In this document: piece after piece, positions 17,965-30,599 of the stretch
Layout: the number at the start of each line of letters is the position of its first letter
Position numbering within the stretch: position 1 is the first letter of the stretch
NCBI RefSeq assembly: GCF_965204145.1
Contig: NZ_OZ241977.1
Span: 2,319,356-2,383,355 of the forward strand
DNA from: Candidatus Poriferisocius sp.
GTDB lineage: Bacteria > Actinomycetota > Acidimicrobiia > Acidimicrobiales > Bin134
Direction of reading: 5' to 3'
DNA length: 64,000 nt
Program-made: the position numbers and the translations under genes
The notes under the pieces: generated by a model
The model's database searches: none
Seen by the model: the letters and a program-made list of their open reading frames with translations, nothing else
Told to the model about the DNA's origin: nothing

Positions 17965-19116
17965 TCAGGAATACCGATCACGCAGTTGGCGGGCGATCAC
18001 CATCTTTTGGATTTCGCTGGTTCCCTCACCGATGATCATGAGGGGCGTGTCGCGGAAGTAACGCTCCACCGGGTACTCCTCGGTGTAGCCGTTGCCCCCG
18101 TGGATGCGCAGCGCGTCGGAGGCGATCTCGAAGGCGGACTCGGACGCGAACAGCTTGGCCATGCCCGCTTCCAAGTCGATGCGCTCCCCGGAGTCGTAGC
18201 GGCGGGCCGCGTCGTAGGTCATCAGGCGGGCGGCGTGGAGCTTGGTGGCCATCTCGGCCAGCTTGAACCCGATGGCCTGGTGGTCGTAGATGGGCCGGCC
18301 GAACGTTTGCCGCTCCTGGGCGTACTTCATGGCCGCCTCGAAGGCGGCTTGGGCCACCCCGACCGCCCGGGCGGCGATGTTGATCCGGCCCAGCTCCAAG
18401 GCCGACAGGGCGTAGCGCAGCCCGTGGCCCACGCCGTCGGAGCCGCCGAGCACGTTGGCGTCGGGCACCCGGAAGTCGGCATAGGCCATTTCCACGGTCT
18501 CCACACCCTTGTAGCCCAGCTTGGGGATGGTGCGCGACACGGTGAGGCCGTCGGCGCCCGATCCCGGCTCCTTCTCCACGATGAAACAGGTGATGCGGTC
18601 GTCGGGGGTTCGGGCCAACAGCATCACCATCTGGGCTCGCATGCCGTTGGTCACCCACATCTTGGTGCCGTTCACGATCCACTCATCGCCGTCGGGCACC
18701 GCTCGGCAGCGGATGTTGCGGGTGTCGCTGCCCGCGTCGGGCTCTGACAACGAGAAGGCCGATCGAAACGAGCCATCGCACATACGGGGCAAGAAGCGAT
18801 CCCGCTGCTCGTCGGTGCCGTAGCGCCCGATCATGGTGGCGGCGATCTTGTGGGTGTTGAGGATGCCGGCCAGCGACATCCATCCCCGGGAGAGCTCCTC
18901 GATGATGCGGGCATAGGTGGTGGCGTCCAGTCCCAACCCGCCGTAGGCCTCGGGAATGGTGGCCCCGAACAGGCCGAACTCGCACATCTGGGCGAACATC
19001 GCCTCGGGGAACTCGTCGGCATGCTCAAGTTCGGAGGCATTGGGGATGACCTCGCGATCCACCCAAGTGCGGATCGCGCCGACCAGCTCGTCGGCTAAAC
19101 CGGCATCGGTGGCCAT
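17965..19116 (-). CDS. Acyl-CoA dehydrogenase
   Basis: 383 aa with 'LSEPDAGSD', 'YGGNGYTEEYPVERYFRD' and 'IGEGTSEIQ'. Confidence 0.9.
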   Translation of the reverse strand: MATDAGLADELVGAIRTWVDREVIPNASELEHADEFPEAMFAQMCEFGLFGATIPEAYGGLGLDATTYARIIEELSRGWMSLAGILNTHKIAATMIGRYGTDEQRDRFLPRMCDGSFRSAFSLSEPDAGSDTRNIRCRAVPDGDEWIVNGTKMWVTNGMRAQMVMLLARTPDDRITCFIVEKEPGSGADGLTVSRTIPKLGYKGVETVEMAYADFRVPDANVLGGSDGVGHGLRYALSALELGRINIAARAVGVAQAAFEAAMKYAQERQTFGRPIYDHQAIGFKLAEMATKLHAARLMTYDAARRYDSGERIDLEAGMAKLFASESAFEIASDALRIHGGNGYTEEYPVERYFRDTPLMIIGEGTSEIQKMVIARQLRDRYS

Positions 19117-19152
19117 TCGGTCAGCCTTTTCCGCAACGCGACAAGGTGGCCA

Positions 19153-20328
19153 TCAGAGCCTTTCGATCAGGGTCCCGGTGCCCAAGCCGCCTCCGCAGCA
19201 CATGGTGATCAGGCCCCACTGGCCGTCGGTGCGCTCCAGCTCGTGCAGCGCCTTGGTGACCAAGATCGACCCGGTTCCGCCGAGCGGATGGCCCAGCGCG
19301 ATGGCCCCTCCGTTGGGATTCACCCGCTCCATGTCGGGTGTCAGCTCCGCGGCCCAGCACAGCACGACCGAAGCGAACGCCTCGTTGATCTCCACCACGT
19401 CTATGTCGTCTATCGCCAGCCCGGTCCGCTCCAGCAGCCTATGGGTGGCCGGGATCGGCCCCTCCAGCATGAGCACCGGATCGCACCCCACCAAGCAGGT
19501 CTCGGCTATCCGCGCCCTCGGGGTCAGCCCGAGCTGCTCAGCCCGATCCGCGGTCATCATGAGCACTGCTCCGGCGCCGTCGGATATCTGGGACGACGAC
19601 CCCGCGGTGTGCACGCCGTCGGGCCGGGCCACGGGCTTGAGATTGGCCAGCCCTTCCAGAGTGGTCTCCCGGAGGCCTTCGTCGGCGCTGACGGTGGCCG
19701 TCTCATCGGTCTTCTTTCCGTCCTCGTCCAGCACCGGAGCCTCGATGGGAACGATCTGGGTCTCGAAGCGGCCCTCGGCCCAGGCCCGGGCCGCCCGCTG
19801 CTGGGAAGCCAGACCGAAGCGGTCGCAGTCTTCCCGGGTGATGCCCCATTTGTCGGCCATGCGCTCGGCACCCTCGAACTGGGAGGTGAACTCGTAGTTG
19901 GCGAAGTAGTCGCGGGTCACCGGCCGGCCCACTCCTTCGGCGGTGGCGTTCGACCCGATGGGCACGATGCTCATGCTCTCCACCCCGCAGGCCATCACCG
20001 TGTCTTCTACGCCGGACTTCACCAGGCTGTAGGCCAGGTTCACCGCATGCTGCGACGAGCCGCACTGGGAGTCCACCGTGCTGCACGCCGTTTCCTCCGG
20101 CAGGCCGGCGGTGAGCCACGCGGTGCGGGTGACGTTCATGGCCTGGGCCCCGACCTGGTCGACACAGCCGCCCACTACTTGGCCGATGACGGCGGGATCG
20201 ATCCCCGACCGCTCGACCGCGGCAGACTGCACCTGGCTGAGCAGAGAAGTGGGATGGACAGGGGACAGACCGCCGTTTCGCTTGCCGACTGGGGAGCGAA
20301 CGGCTTCGACGATGACGACTTCAGTCAT
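19153..20328 (-). CDS. Acetyl-CoA C-acyltransferase (thiolase)
   Basis: ORF 19153..20526 trimmed to the ATG at 20328 ('MTEVVIVEAVRSPVGK'). Carries 'GHPLGGTG' and 'CCGGGLG'. Confidence 0.9.
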   Translation of the reverse strand: MTEVVIVEAVRSPVGKRNGGLSPVHPTSLLSQVQSAAVERSGIDPAVIGQVVGGCVDQVGAQAMNVTRTAWLTAGLPEETACSTVDSQCGSSQHAVNLAYSLVKSGVEDTVMACGVESMSIVPIGSNATAEGVGRPVTRDYFANYEFTSQFEGAERMADKWGITREDCDRFGLASQQRAARAWAEGRFETQIVPIEAPVLDEDGKKTDETATVSADEGLRETTLEGLANLKPVARPDGVHTAGSSSQISDGAGAVLMMTADRAEQLGLTPRARIAETCLVGCDPVLMLEGPIPATHRLLERTGLAIDDIDVVEINEAFASVVLCWAAELTPDMERVNPNGGAIALGHPLGGTGSILVTKALHELERTDGQWGLITMCCGGGLGTGTLIERL

Positions 20329-20408
20329 GGCCCCACGATAGAGCCTCAACTCCCAAGTCAGCCCGTCGAAGCCGGTCCGCTCGCTGGAAATGATTAGGGT
20401 GCAGGGCC

Positions 20409-22076
20409 GTGGGTATTCGAGAGGATGTGATCCAAGAGCTGACCGGCCCGGGTGGGTTGTTCGAGCTGACCACCGAAGAGGTCTTGGGGCAACAGTCGGC
20501 AGTTTTTGCCGCTCGGATGCGATCACTGCGGGAGATGGTGGCCAATACCGCCAACTTCGGTGATCGGGAGTTCTTGGTCCTGGAAAAACAGCGGCACACC
20601 TTCGACGACTTCATCTCCCAGATGGCGGCGGGGGCCACCGCGTTGCGGCAGCGGGGCATCGGCCACGGCGACCGAGTGGCCATCTTCGCGGCCAACTGCC
20701 CCGAGTGGGTGGTGTCGTTCTTCGCCGCTACCAGCATCGGCGCCATCGTGTCGGCCTACAACGGCTGGTGGACCGCCGATGAGGTGGACTTCGCCAGCGC
20801 ATTGAGCGAGCCCGCGCTGGTGATCGCCGACCGCCCTCGTCTGGAGCGCTCTGGTTCGGGGAGCACCGGTGCACCGTGCTTGGTGATCGAGGACGACTGG
20901 GCCGATTTCATTGCTGCTGGCGCCGGAGCGACCCTCGATGACATCGACGTCCCTCTGGCCGAGGACGACCCCGCGGTCATCCTGTTCACCAGCGGCACCA
21001 CCGGGCGCCCCAAGGGGGCAGTGGGCTCGCATCGGGGGCTAATCGGCTTCGTGCAGTCCACCATGATGAACGGGGCGGTTCGGGTGTTCACCGAGATGCG
21101 CACCAACCCTCCTGTCGAAGATGGCTCGGCCCCCAGCCCGCCAACCCAGTCGGTGACCTTGGGCACTTCGCCGCTGTTCCACGTGTCGGGGCTGTACGGA
21201 ACCACGCTCATCGGCATGGTCACCGGGGGCAAGATTGTGTACCGCCAGGGGCGCTTCGACCCCGAGGCGGTGCTCCAGCTCATCCAAGACGAAGGCGTCA
21301 CCGCATTCGCTGCTCTGGGCAGCATCGGCTCGCGCCTGGTGAACCATCCCCGTTTCGGGGAGTTCGACACCTCCAGCGTGGTCAACGTGGGCTTCGGCGG
21401 CGCGCCGGCCAGTCCGGCCGTGCAAGACCTGATGCGCCAGGCCTTTCCCAATGCCGCGCCCGCGGTGGGCATGGGTTACGGCTCGTCGGAGTCGGTGGCG
21501 GTCATCGCGGGCATCGGCGGTGGCGAGTACCGGGAGCGTCCCACCTCGTGCGGCCAGGTGGCCATCGGCTTCGAAGCCGAGATCCGCGGTCCCGACGGCC
21601 AGCCGCTGCCCACCGGACAAGAGGGCGAGATCTGGTGTCGCAGCGCCTACACCATGCTCGAGTACTGGAACGACCCCGATGCCACCGCGGCCACCATCGA
21701 TGAGGACCGGTGGCTCAACACCGGCGACATCGGCTGCTTCGACGACGACGGCTACCTCTACATCAACTCCCGGGCCCGGGACATGATCCTGCGCAACGCC
21801 GAGAACATCTACCCCATCGAGATCGAGTACCGCCTCGACGCCCACCCGGCGGTGGCCGAGTCGGCGGTGTTCGGCGTCGAACACCCTGAGATGGGCCAAG
21901 AGGTCAAGGCTGTGGTGGTACCGGCTGGCGATGCCCCGGTCGATCCCGACGATCTTGCCCAGTGGTGCCAAGAAGTGCTGGCCCCCTACAAGGTTCCCAC
22001 CCTTTGGGAGATCCGCCCCTCTCCCCTGCCCCGCAATCCAGCAGGCAAAGTGGTCAAGCGGGAGTTGTACGCGTAG
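20409..22076 (+). CDS. AMP-dependent acyl-CoA synthetase/ligase
   Basis: 555 aa with a GTG start. Carries 'LFTSGTTGRPKGA', 'GYGSSE' and 'TGDIG'. Confidence 0.9.
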   Translation: MGIREDVIQELTGPGGLFELTTEEVLGQQSAVFAARMRSLREMVANTANFGDREFLVLEKQRHTFDDFISQMAAGATALRQRGIGHGDRVAIFAANCPEWVVSFFAATSIGAIVSAYNGWWTADEVDFASALSEPALVIADRPRLERSGSGSTGAPCLVIEDDWADFIAAGAGATLDDIDVPLAEDDPAVILFTSGTTGRPKGAVGSHRGLIGFVQSTMMNGAVRVFTEMRTNPPVEDGSAPSPPTQSVTLGTSPLFHVSGLYGTTLIGMVTGGKIVYRQGRFDPEAVLQLIQDEGVTAFAALGSIGSRLVNHPRFGEFDTSSVVNVGFGGAPASPAVQDLMRQAFPNAAPAVGMGYGSSESVAVIAGIGGGEYRERPTSCGQVAIGFEAEIRGPDGQPLPTGQEGEIWCRSAYTMLEYWNDPDATAATIDEDRWLNTGDIGCFDDDGYLYINSRARDMILRNAENIYPIEIEYRLDAHPAVAESAVFGVEHPEMGQEVKAVVVPAGDAPVDPDDLAQWCQEVLAPYKVPTLWEIRPSPLPRNPAGKVVKRELYA

Positions 22077-22088
22077 GCGGATCCCCTC

Positions 22089-23477
22089 CTACCAAATGGG
22101 GAACTTGGCCTTGTCGGGGAGGCCCGAGCGCCCCACGACGGCTTCTCCGGCTTGCTGGCAGCGGCTGTAGAAAGACTCCTCGTCGATGGTGGTCATGCGG
22201 CCATCCTCCACCACTTTCTGGCCGCCCACGAACACGGTGTGAACGCCCCTGCCGTCGGCCGACCACACCAGTTGGTTCATCACGTTGAGCAGCGGCCGCC
22301 ACTCGGGGCGGTCGGTGTCGTGCAGCACCACATCGGCCAGCTTGCCGGGCTCCAGCGAGCCGATCTCGTCTTGCATCAGCATGGTACGGGCCCCGTCCAA
22401 GGTGGCCATCTCGTAGGCCTTCTCGGCGGGGAACATCTGGGGGTCCATGCGGGCGTCCTTGAACAGGCCGGCCACCAGATAGGTGGCCCGCATCAGGTCG
22501 GAGTAGTTGGAGGCGTTGTTGCCGTCGGTGCCCAGGCTCACGTTCGCCCCGGCGGTGACCATCTCGGGGATCTTGCCGATCTGAGTCACGCCGTAGCTCA
22601 CCTTCAGCGCGGTGGTGGGACAGTGGACCACCGACGTTCCGGCCTCGGCCAACAGCGCGATCTCCTGGTCGTCGACGTGGACGCAGTGGGTGATGGCGGT
22701 GTCGTCGCCCAGCACGCCCAGTTCTCCCAGGTGCACCATCGGGCGCTGGCCGAACGCGGCAATGAAGGTGTCGGGGTCCAACGTGGCAGGAGACATGTGG
22801 AAGCTGAGACCCACGCCGTACTCATCGGCAGTGGCCCGAGCGGCCTGCCACAGGGGGTCGGAGCAGGTGGTGTGGCCCACCACCATCGACCATGCCCCCA
22901 ACCGCCCGTCGGCGGTGCCTTGAAACCGCTCGACGGTGTCGCGCAGGTTGGCGATGGCCTCGTCGGTGTCTTGGCGGTAGACGCTGGGCTCGGGGGGCAG
23001 ATCCCAGACCCACTTGCCAATCCGGCCCCGTATGCCGGACTCGACCAGGCCGTCCATCACTTTGTCGACAAATCGAATGGTGCCCGCCTCCAAGAAACAG
23101 GTGGTGCCCGACTTCAGCATCTCCACTGCGGCCAGCTGGCCAGACAGGCGCTCCTCCTCCGCGGTGTACACCGAGTAGAGGGGGCACAGCCACTGGAACA
23201 CGTTCTCCTCAAACGGGGTGTCGTCGGGCACGTAGCCCCGGGTGAGGGGCTCGCCGGTGATGTGAATGTGGGTGTTGACCAGGCCGGGTGTGACCACAAA
23301 ACGGTCGCCGCCCACCGTCTCCGCGGCCTGGTAGCGGGACTCGAGGTCGGACGCTTTGCCCACGTCGACGATCTGATTGCCTCGGATGGCTACTGCGCCG
23401 TGGCGAATGATGTCGCGGGTCGGGTTCATGGTGACGACGTACCAGCCCTTGATCAGCGTGTCGATCTGTTCGGTCAT
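22089..23477 (-). CDS. Amidohydrolase, TRZ/ATZ-type (nucleobase/nucleoside deaminase-like)
   Basis: ORF 22089..23669 trimmed to the ATG at 23477 (CAGGAGGAGAACA upstream). Carries the 'GLVNTHIHITGEP' HxH motif and 'HCVHVDD'. Confidence 0.8.
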   Translation of the reverse strand: MTEQIDTLIKGWYVVTMNPTRDIIRHGAVAIRGNQIVDVGKASDLESRYQAAETVGGDRFVVTPGLVNTHIHITGEPLTRGYVPDDTPFEENVFQWLCPLYSVYTAEEERLSGQLAAVEMLKSGTTCFLEAGTIRFVDKVMDGLVESGIRGRIGKWVWDLPPEPSVYRQDTDEAIANLRDTVERFQGTADGRLGAWSMVVGHTTCSDPLWQAARATADEYGVGLSFHMSPATLDPDTFIAAFGQRPMVHLGELGVLGDDTAITHCVHVDDQEIALLAEAGTSVVHCPTTALKVSYGVTQIGKIPEMVTAGANVSLGTDGNNASNYSDLMRATYLVAGLFKDARMDPQMFPAEKAYEMATLDGARTMLMQDEIGSLEPGKLADVVLHDTDRPEWRPLLNVMNQLVWSADGRGVHTVFVGGQKVVEDGRMTTIDEESFYSRCQQAGEAVVGRSGLPDKAKFPIW

Positions 23478-24586
23478 TGTTCTCCTCCTGGTGAATTTCG
23501 AGGCTTCGTTGCGGTGTAGGCGTATTGGTGGCCTATGGGTTCTATTAGGCGGAGGTGCTCGAAGCCGGCTTCTTGGAGCCAATCGGCGACCTGCGAGGCG
23601 GTGATTCCGAATCCGTTTGTGGTGCTGGCCATCATGGTCATGCCCATGAGCGTGCTGTGGGGGCTCCATTGGGGTTCGGGGGCTATGAAGTAGTCGGCGA
23701 GTAGGAGGCGGCCTTCGGGGCGTAGGGCCTTGTGGGCTCGGGCGATGAGGTGTTGGGAGCCTTCGGGGCCTTCGGTGCGGCAGACGTGGCCCAGCACTGC
23801 GATGTCGTAGGCCTCGGACTCGATGTCGATGGCGTGGAAGTTGCCGGGGCGGAACTCGCAGCGATCGGCTACGCCGTGCTCGACGGTGGTGCGCTGGGCC
23901 ACTTCGATTACGCCGTCGAGGTCGTTGATCACTGCGGTGGCTTCGGGGCAGGCCTTGAGCACGGCGATGGCCCAGGGGGCTCCGCCAGCTCCCAGGTCAA
24001 GTACTCGGGGGGCGGTCATGGCGCTGTAGCGCAGCTGGAGGTCGGCCCGGGTGGCGGCTCGGAGCATGGTGGTGAAGGTGCCCTCGACCAGAGGGCGGTA
24101 GAACTCGGCCGGGTCGTCGTCAATGGGCTCGGCGGGCCGCCCGGCCCGAATGGTGTCGGCCAGTCGCGACCAGTTGTCCAGCGGACCGGGGGCCACCGGC
24201 ACTAGCGAGGCCATCGACGCCGCCCCGTCGGTGGTGAGATAGCGGGCTGCGGTGTCGTTCAGGCCGTAGCGACCACCCACTCGCTCTAGCAGCCCGAGTA
24301 CCGCCAGGGAGTCGAGCAGCGCCCCCAGGTGGGGAGCCGATACCCCGAGCCCGTCAGCCAGGTCTGCGGCTGTCGCTTCTGGGGGGATGCCAGGGTTGGC
24401 GCCTCGCTTGGCTAGGGCGTCAAACACGCCTAGCTCTAGGGCGGCCACCAGCACGTGGAACGAGCCGAAACCGCTAATCACCGCCCACACTGGGGATGAC
24501 GGCGGGGGTTTGTGGTCGGTCCAGGGGCGGCCTACCCGTTCGGGGACGTGGGATTTCTTCAGTTCGGGATACGGGGAATCAGCCAC
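23474..24586 (-). CDS. Class I SAM-dependent O-methyltransferase (with N-terminal dimerisation/wHTH-like domain)
   Basis: ORF 23474..25267 trimmed to the in-frame GTG at 24586 (GGGAGA upstream). SAM motif 'VLDLGAGGAPWA'. ATGA overlap with the downstream gene. Confidence 0.75.
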   Translation of the reverse strand: MADSPYPELKKSHVPERVGRPWTDHKPPPSSPVWAVISGFGSFHVLVAALELGVFDALAKRGANPGIPPEATAADLADGLGVSAPHLGALLDSLAVLGLLERVGGRYGLNDTAARYLTTDGAASMASLVPVAPGPLDNWSRLADTIRAGRPAEPIDDDPAEFYRPLVEGTFTTMLRAATRADLQLRYSAMTAPRVLDLGAGGAPWAIAVLKACPEATAVINDLDGVIEVAQRTTVEHGVADRCEFRPGNFHAIDIESEAYDIAVLGHVCRTEGPEGSQHLIARAHKALRPEGRLLLADYFIAPEPQWSPHSTLMGMTMMASTTNGFGITASQVADWLQEAGFEHLRLIEPIGHQYAYTATKPRNSPGGEQ

Positions 24587-24606
24587 TTGTTCTCCCGAAA
24601 TCCGTG

Positions 24607-25641
24607 TCAGGGCTTCAACAGGATCTTGCCGAAGAAGTCGCTGGCCAGCATCTTGGCCTGGGCGTCGGCGGCGTCGGCCAAGTCGAAAGCCGAGTCGACT
24701 GCGGCGGTGAATCCGTCGCCGCAGAAGGTGTCCCAGGCCGGGCCGAACTCCTCGGGGCGGTAGGGATCGGACCCCAAGATCTTGATGCCGGAGTGGAACA
24801 CGTAGCCCAGCGACGGAATCACCGCCTCGTCGCCTGAGGAATTGCCGCAGTTCACCAGTCGCCCGCCGATGCCCAGGGCGAACAGCGACGGCCCGAACAG
24901 GGCGGTGCCCACGTGGTCGAACACCATGTCCACCCCCGCTCCGGCAGTCAGCTCCCGGGCCCATGCGGCCACGTCGCCGGTTCGATTGTTGAGCGCATGG
25001 GATGCCCCTAGTTCCAGCGCCCTCTGACACTTCTCGTCGGTGCCCGCGGTGGCCAATACGGTGGCCCCGGCGTTCACGGCGAATTGGATTCCGGCCACCG
25101 ACACCCCCGAGCCGGCGGCGTGGATCATCACCGTCTCTCCCGCGGTGAGCCCGCCCACTTCGAACAGGGCGTGGGCTGCGGTCAGGTAGCAGGTGGGGAA
25201 GGTGGCCGCCGTCTCCAGCGACATGGCATGGGGCACCGCATAGACGTGCGAGGCCGGCACCAGGCACCGCTCTGCGTAACCGCCGTCGGCGGTGGCGCCG
25301 ATGATGCCCAACTCCCCGTAGAGGTCGCCCCGGCCTCCCAGCTTGGAGCGGTCGTCCACCCCGGCCAGCGACGGGTCCACCACCACCCGGTTGCCCACGG
25401 CCACCCCGTCGACCTCGTCACCGACCTCAGACACCACCCCGGCCACGTCCATGCCCGCGATGTGGGGCAAAGTGAAGCCGGGCATGGCGAACCAGCCGTT
25501 GCGCTGCACCACGTCCAACCGGTTCAGCGCGGTGGCCACCACGTCGACCACCACATCCACCGGGCCGGGCTCGGGATCGGGCACCTCCTCGTAGCGAAGC
25601 ACGTCAGGGCCGCCGGGCTCGTGGTATCGCATCGCCTTCAT
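24607..25641 (-). CDS. Zinc-binding/quinone oxidoreductase family dehydrogenase (MDR)
   Basis: ORF 24607..26118 trimmed to the ATG at 25641 (AAGGAG upstream). Begins 'MKAMRYHEPGGPDVL' and carries 'IHAAGSGVSVAGIQFAVNAGA'. Confidence 0.85.
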   Translation of the reverse strand: MKAMRYHEPGGPDVLRYEEVPDPEPGPVDVVVDVVATALNRLDVVQRNGWFAMPGFTLPHIAGMDVAGVVSEVGDEVDGVAVGNRVVVDPSLAGVDDRSKLGGRGDLYGELGIIGATADGGYAERCLVPASHVYAVPHAMSLETAATFPTCYLTAAHALFEVGGLTAGETVMIHAAGSGVSVAGIQFAVNAGATVLATAGTDEKCQRALELGASHALNNRTGDVAAWARELTAGAGVDMVFDHVGTALFGPSLFALGIGGRLVNCGNSSGDEAVIPSLGYVFHSGIKILGSDPYRPEEFGPAWDTFCGDGFTAAVDSAFDLADAADAQAKMLASDFFGKILLKP

Positions 25642-25667
25642 CGCCGCACTCCTTCGTCTCAGACTGA

Positions 25668-26606
25668 CTATTTCAGACCGCGGATGAACGGCTGAGCCAA
25701 AGCGGCGGGAGGTCGAACCCGTTTGGCGAAGATGGCCATGGCCCCGATGGTCACCAGATAGGGCAGAGCCTGCAGCAGCTCGGTGTTGAGGTCGTAGCCC
25801 AGCCCTTGCAGCGACAGCTGGAACGAGAGGGCCCCGGCGAACAGGACGCAGCCCCCCATGGTGCCCCACAGGGTCCAGCCGCCGAAGATGACCGCGGCGA
25901 TGGCGATGAATCCCTGACCGCCGATGACGGAGTCGTCGAATGTGGCCAGTCGGGCGAACAGGAAGTAGGCACCCCCCAGCCCGGAGGTCAGCCCGGCGTA
26001 GTAGATGGACTGGCGACGGCGGAGGTTCACGTCGATGCCGCTCACGTCGGCCGACTGGGGGTTCTCCCCCGCGGCCCGCAACTCCAGCCCCCAACGGGTT
26101 CGGTACACCAGCCACCACGACAGCGGCACGAGGCCGTACAGGAGATAGAACGGCCAGGGCTCTCCGAACAGCGCCTGACCGAACAGGGGGATGTCCACCA
26201 GGATGGGGATCTCCACTTCGGAGGCGTAGTCGGCCCGAGGATCAATCTCCCGGTCCAAGAACCCGGTGAGGCCCACAACCAAGATGTTGAGGGTAAGGCC
26301 GACCACGAACTGATCGGCGGTCAGGCGATGGCTCATCTGGGCTTGCACGACCGAGATGATCAGGCCGCCGAATGCACCGAACACCAAGCCCACCACCACT
26401 GAATCGGCCAGGTGATAGCCGAGCGCACCGGCAAAGGCCCCGCTCAACAGCATGCCCTCCACCGAGATGTTCAGCGTGCCCGACCTCTCGGCCACCCATT
26501 CCCCGGTGGCGGCGAAGGCCAGCAGCGCGGCGAACAGCGCACCGTTGATGTAGGTGGACTCGCTGGACAGCACATCGCCCACCGCGGAGAAGAAGTCGAT
26601 CAGCAC
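25668..26606 (-). CDS. ABC transporter permease (BMP/simple-sugar-nucleoside type)
   Basis: 312 aa and polytopic. Next to a second permease, a double ATPase and a BMP lipoprotein. Confidence 0.85.
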   Translation of the reverse strand: MLIDFFSAVGDVLSSESTYINGALFAALLAFAATGEWVAERSGTLNISVEGMLLSGAFAGALGYHLADSVVVGLVFGAFGGLIISVVQAQMSHRLTADQFVVGLTLNILVVGLTGFLDREIDPRADYASEVEIPILVDIPLFGQALFGEPWPFYLLYGLVPLSWWLVYRTRWGLELRAAGENPQSADVSGIDVNLRRRQSIYYAGLTSGLGGAYFLFARLATFDDSVIGGQGFIAIAAVIFGGWTLWGTMGGCVLFAGALSFQLSLQGLGYDLNTELLQALPYLVTIGAMAIFAKRVRPPAALAQPFIRGLK

Positions 26607-26657
26607 TATGATCGGCCTTTCCCATTAGCGGTTGGCGTTCCTTCGATCAGCACGCCA

Positions 26658-27745
26658 TCACACCCTCTCTGTGGCCATCGCCCGGGCCCGACGGCGATCT
26701 CGTAGGAAGACCACTGCGGGTGGAACCAGCAGGGCCAGCACCAAGAGCCCCTGCACCACGTCGGTGATTCGGCTTTCCACTCCGGTGCTGTTCACGAAGC
26801 CGGCTCCGGTGCGCAGCATGGCGAACACGAATGCGGCCACCACGGCGGGTAGCGCCCGCTCTCGGGCCATCAAAGCCACCAAGAGACCGGTCCAGCCGAT
26901 GTTGTCGGAGAAGCCGGGCACCAGCCGGTAGGTGCCGAAGGAGAATCCCCCGCCGGCGAACATGGCCGCCCCCGCCAAGCCAGCGAAGGCTCCGCCGATA
27001 GCCAGCGCGGTGGCTCCGTAGACGGTGGACGACACCCCGGATCGCTGGGCGGCCCGAGGGTTGTGGCCCAGCATCCGCAACCGGAAACCCCACACCGTGC
27101 GGGCCAGCACGTAGGCCACCGCCAAGGCCAGGGCCAGGGCCACATAGACGGTGATGGGAAATTCGTTGCCGAATATGTCGGGGCGGGGAATCCGGTTGTC
27201 CTTGGCCAGTTGCTCGCTCACCAAGTTGCGGTTACCGCGACTGGCCTCGTCGGCCAACAGCAGCCATTGCCACTTCAAGCCGTAGCCCACGGCCTGAATG
27301 GACACGAACACCAATAGCAGGGTGCTCAGCACCTCAGGCACTCCCCGCCAATAGCGCAACAGTCCGGCCGCCGAAGCCCACACCGCCCCTCCCAGAGCAC
27401 CGAACAGCAACAACAGCACCACATTGAGCGGGCCGGGGCCGCCGATGCGGAAGCTAAAGAACACCGCAAACGCCGCTCCCATCAACAGCTGGCCCTCTTG
27501 GCCGATGTTGATCAAGCCGGCTTTGGCCGAGATCACGGTGCCCAGCGCCACCAGCAGCAGAGGTGCGGCTATTCCCAGTGTCTCCCCCCAGCGCCCGGGG
27601 GCCTTGAGACTGCCGTCTACCAACGCCTCTAGCACCGGCCACCAGTCACCGCCGGTGGCCTCTACGATCACGCTGGAGATGGCCAGGGCCACGACGATGC
27701 TGAGGGAATACAGCACCACCCACTCGGCTGCCCGGGAACCTCGAG

Positions 27746-27749
<4 letters not shown>
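26658..27749 (-). CDS. ABC transporter permease
   Basis: ORF 26658..28058 trimmed to the ATG at 27749 (ATGA overlap with the ATPase stop). Polytopic. Confidence 0.85.
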
Positions 27750-29352
<1,603 letters not shown>

Positions 29353-29356
<4 letters not shown>

Positions 29357-30453
29357 CCGCCGCCGTAGGCCTCGCCGGAGATCCCGCCGAGTACGCCGAG
29401 CAACTCGCCGTCGGTCGCAATGGCTTCAAAAGCTTCGGCCAGCAGTGCTTCCGCTTCTGCCGACGGGTCGCATAGCTCGGCGCCGTTGAGCCCTCGCTCG
29501 GTCGGGAACTGATAGGTAGCTCCCTCAGTAAGCTCTCCAGAGATGATGCGGGGAACCACCTGTAGGGCGTATCGCCCGCCGTCGAATACGATGCTTCCCG
29601 TCCAGTTGATCCCGTCGTCGCGGGAACAGATGTCGGCGGGTCCAGCGGCAAACACCGCAATCCCCTCATCGGTGGCCAACTGGCCAACCGGGTTGAGTGC
29701 CCCGCCCAAATAGGCATAGGCCAAGGTAGCGCCTTCGGCGATGGCGTTGGTCAGCGCGGCAGTGGCGTTGGCCGAGTTGTCGAAGTCAAACGGGAAGGCG
29801 CCGGTGGCCACATATTCCATGGTGAATGACGGGTCAACCGACTGGAGGCCATGCACAGTGGCGTTGTACGCCTCCTTCTCGAAGCCGAGATCGCAACAAC
29901 CCAAGAACACCGCGGTATCGCCGCCGTGCTCCTGCAACGCCGCGCCCATAGCCACGCCCGCGGTGTAATGGATGGGAGAGCCCCAGTCGGTGGCCTGGGC
30001 AAATCCAGAAGTCTCCCCCTCGAACCCGGCGCCGCAATTGCAGTACCAGAAGATGTCGGGGTACTGCGCGGTGAGGTCCGGCAGGGGCTCGGCAATCTCG
30101 CTGGCCCCGACCAGAATGATGTCCACCCCCTGCTCGGCAAGATCGGACATAGCCTGGGCAGCCTCGGCCGCGCCGATATTGTCGCTCACGATTGGCGGGG
30201 CGAACCCGTTCTCAGCCGAGAACTCCTCCGCGAAATCCACGAGCGCCTGGTAGTAACCCTGATCGTCCCGGGGTCCGGCGGCTGCTACCCCGATGGTGAG
30301 AGTGTCGTCACCATCAGCGTCAAAGGCGTCCAAAAGGGCCGGATCCGCCGTTGGCCCGTCATCATCGTCGTTTCCGCAGGCAGCTGCCACCAAGGACACC
30401 AATGACAGCAGCACCGCCATCAACCACAGCTTCCGTACCCATCGCCTTTGCAT
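29353..30453 (-). CDS. BMP-family ABC substrate-binding lipoprotein
   Basis: ORF trimmed to the ATG at 30453 (GAGGAGG upstream). Lipobox 'LVAAAC'. Med/PnrA-like body. Confidence 0.8.
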
Positions 30454-30599
30454 TGTTCCCCTCCTCAGGCTGATGTGCGGGACCGTCCGTCCCGGCAATC
30501 GCTTAGCAGCCTAACCCATTCGTTGTTACCCGTACTTGGCCTCGGTAAGCTGGCTCTGCTTCCCCCAGCAATCCCGTCTGAAGAAGACAGGAGAACCTC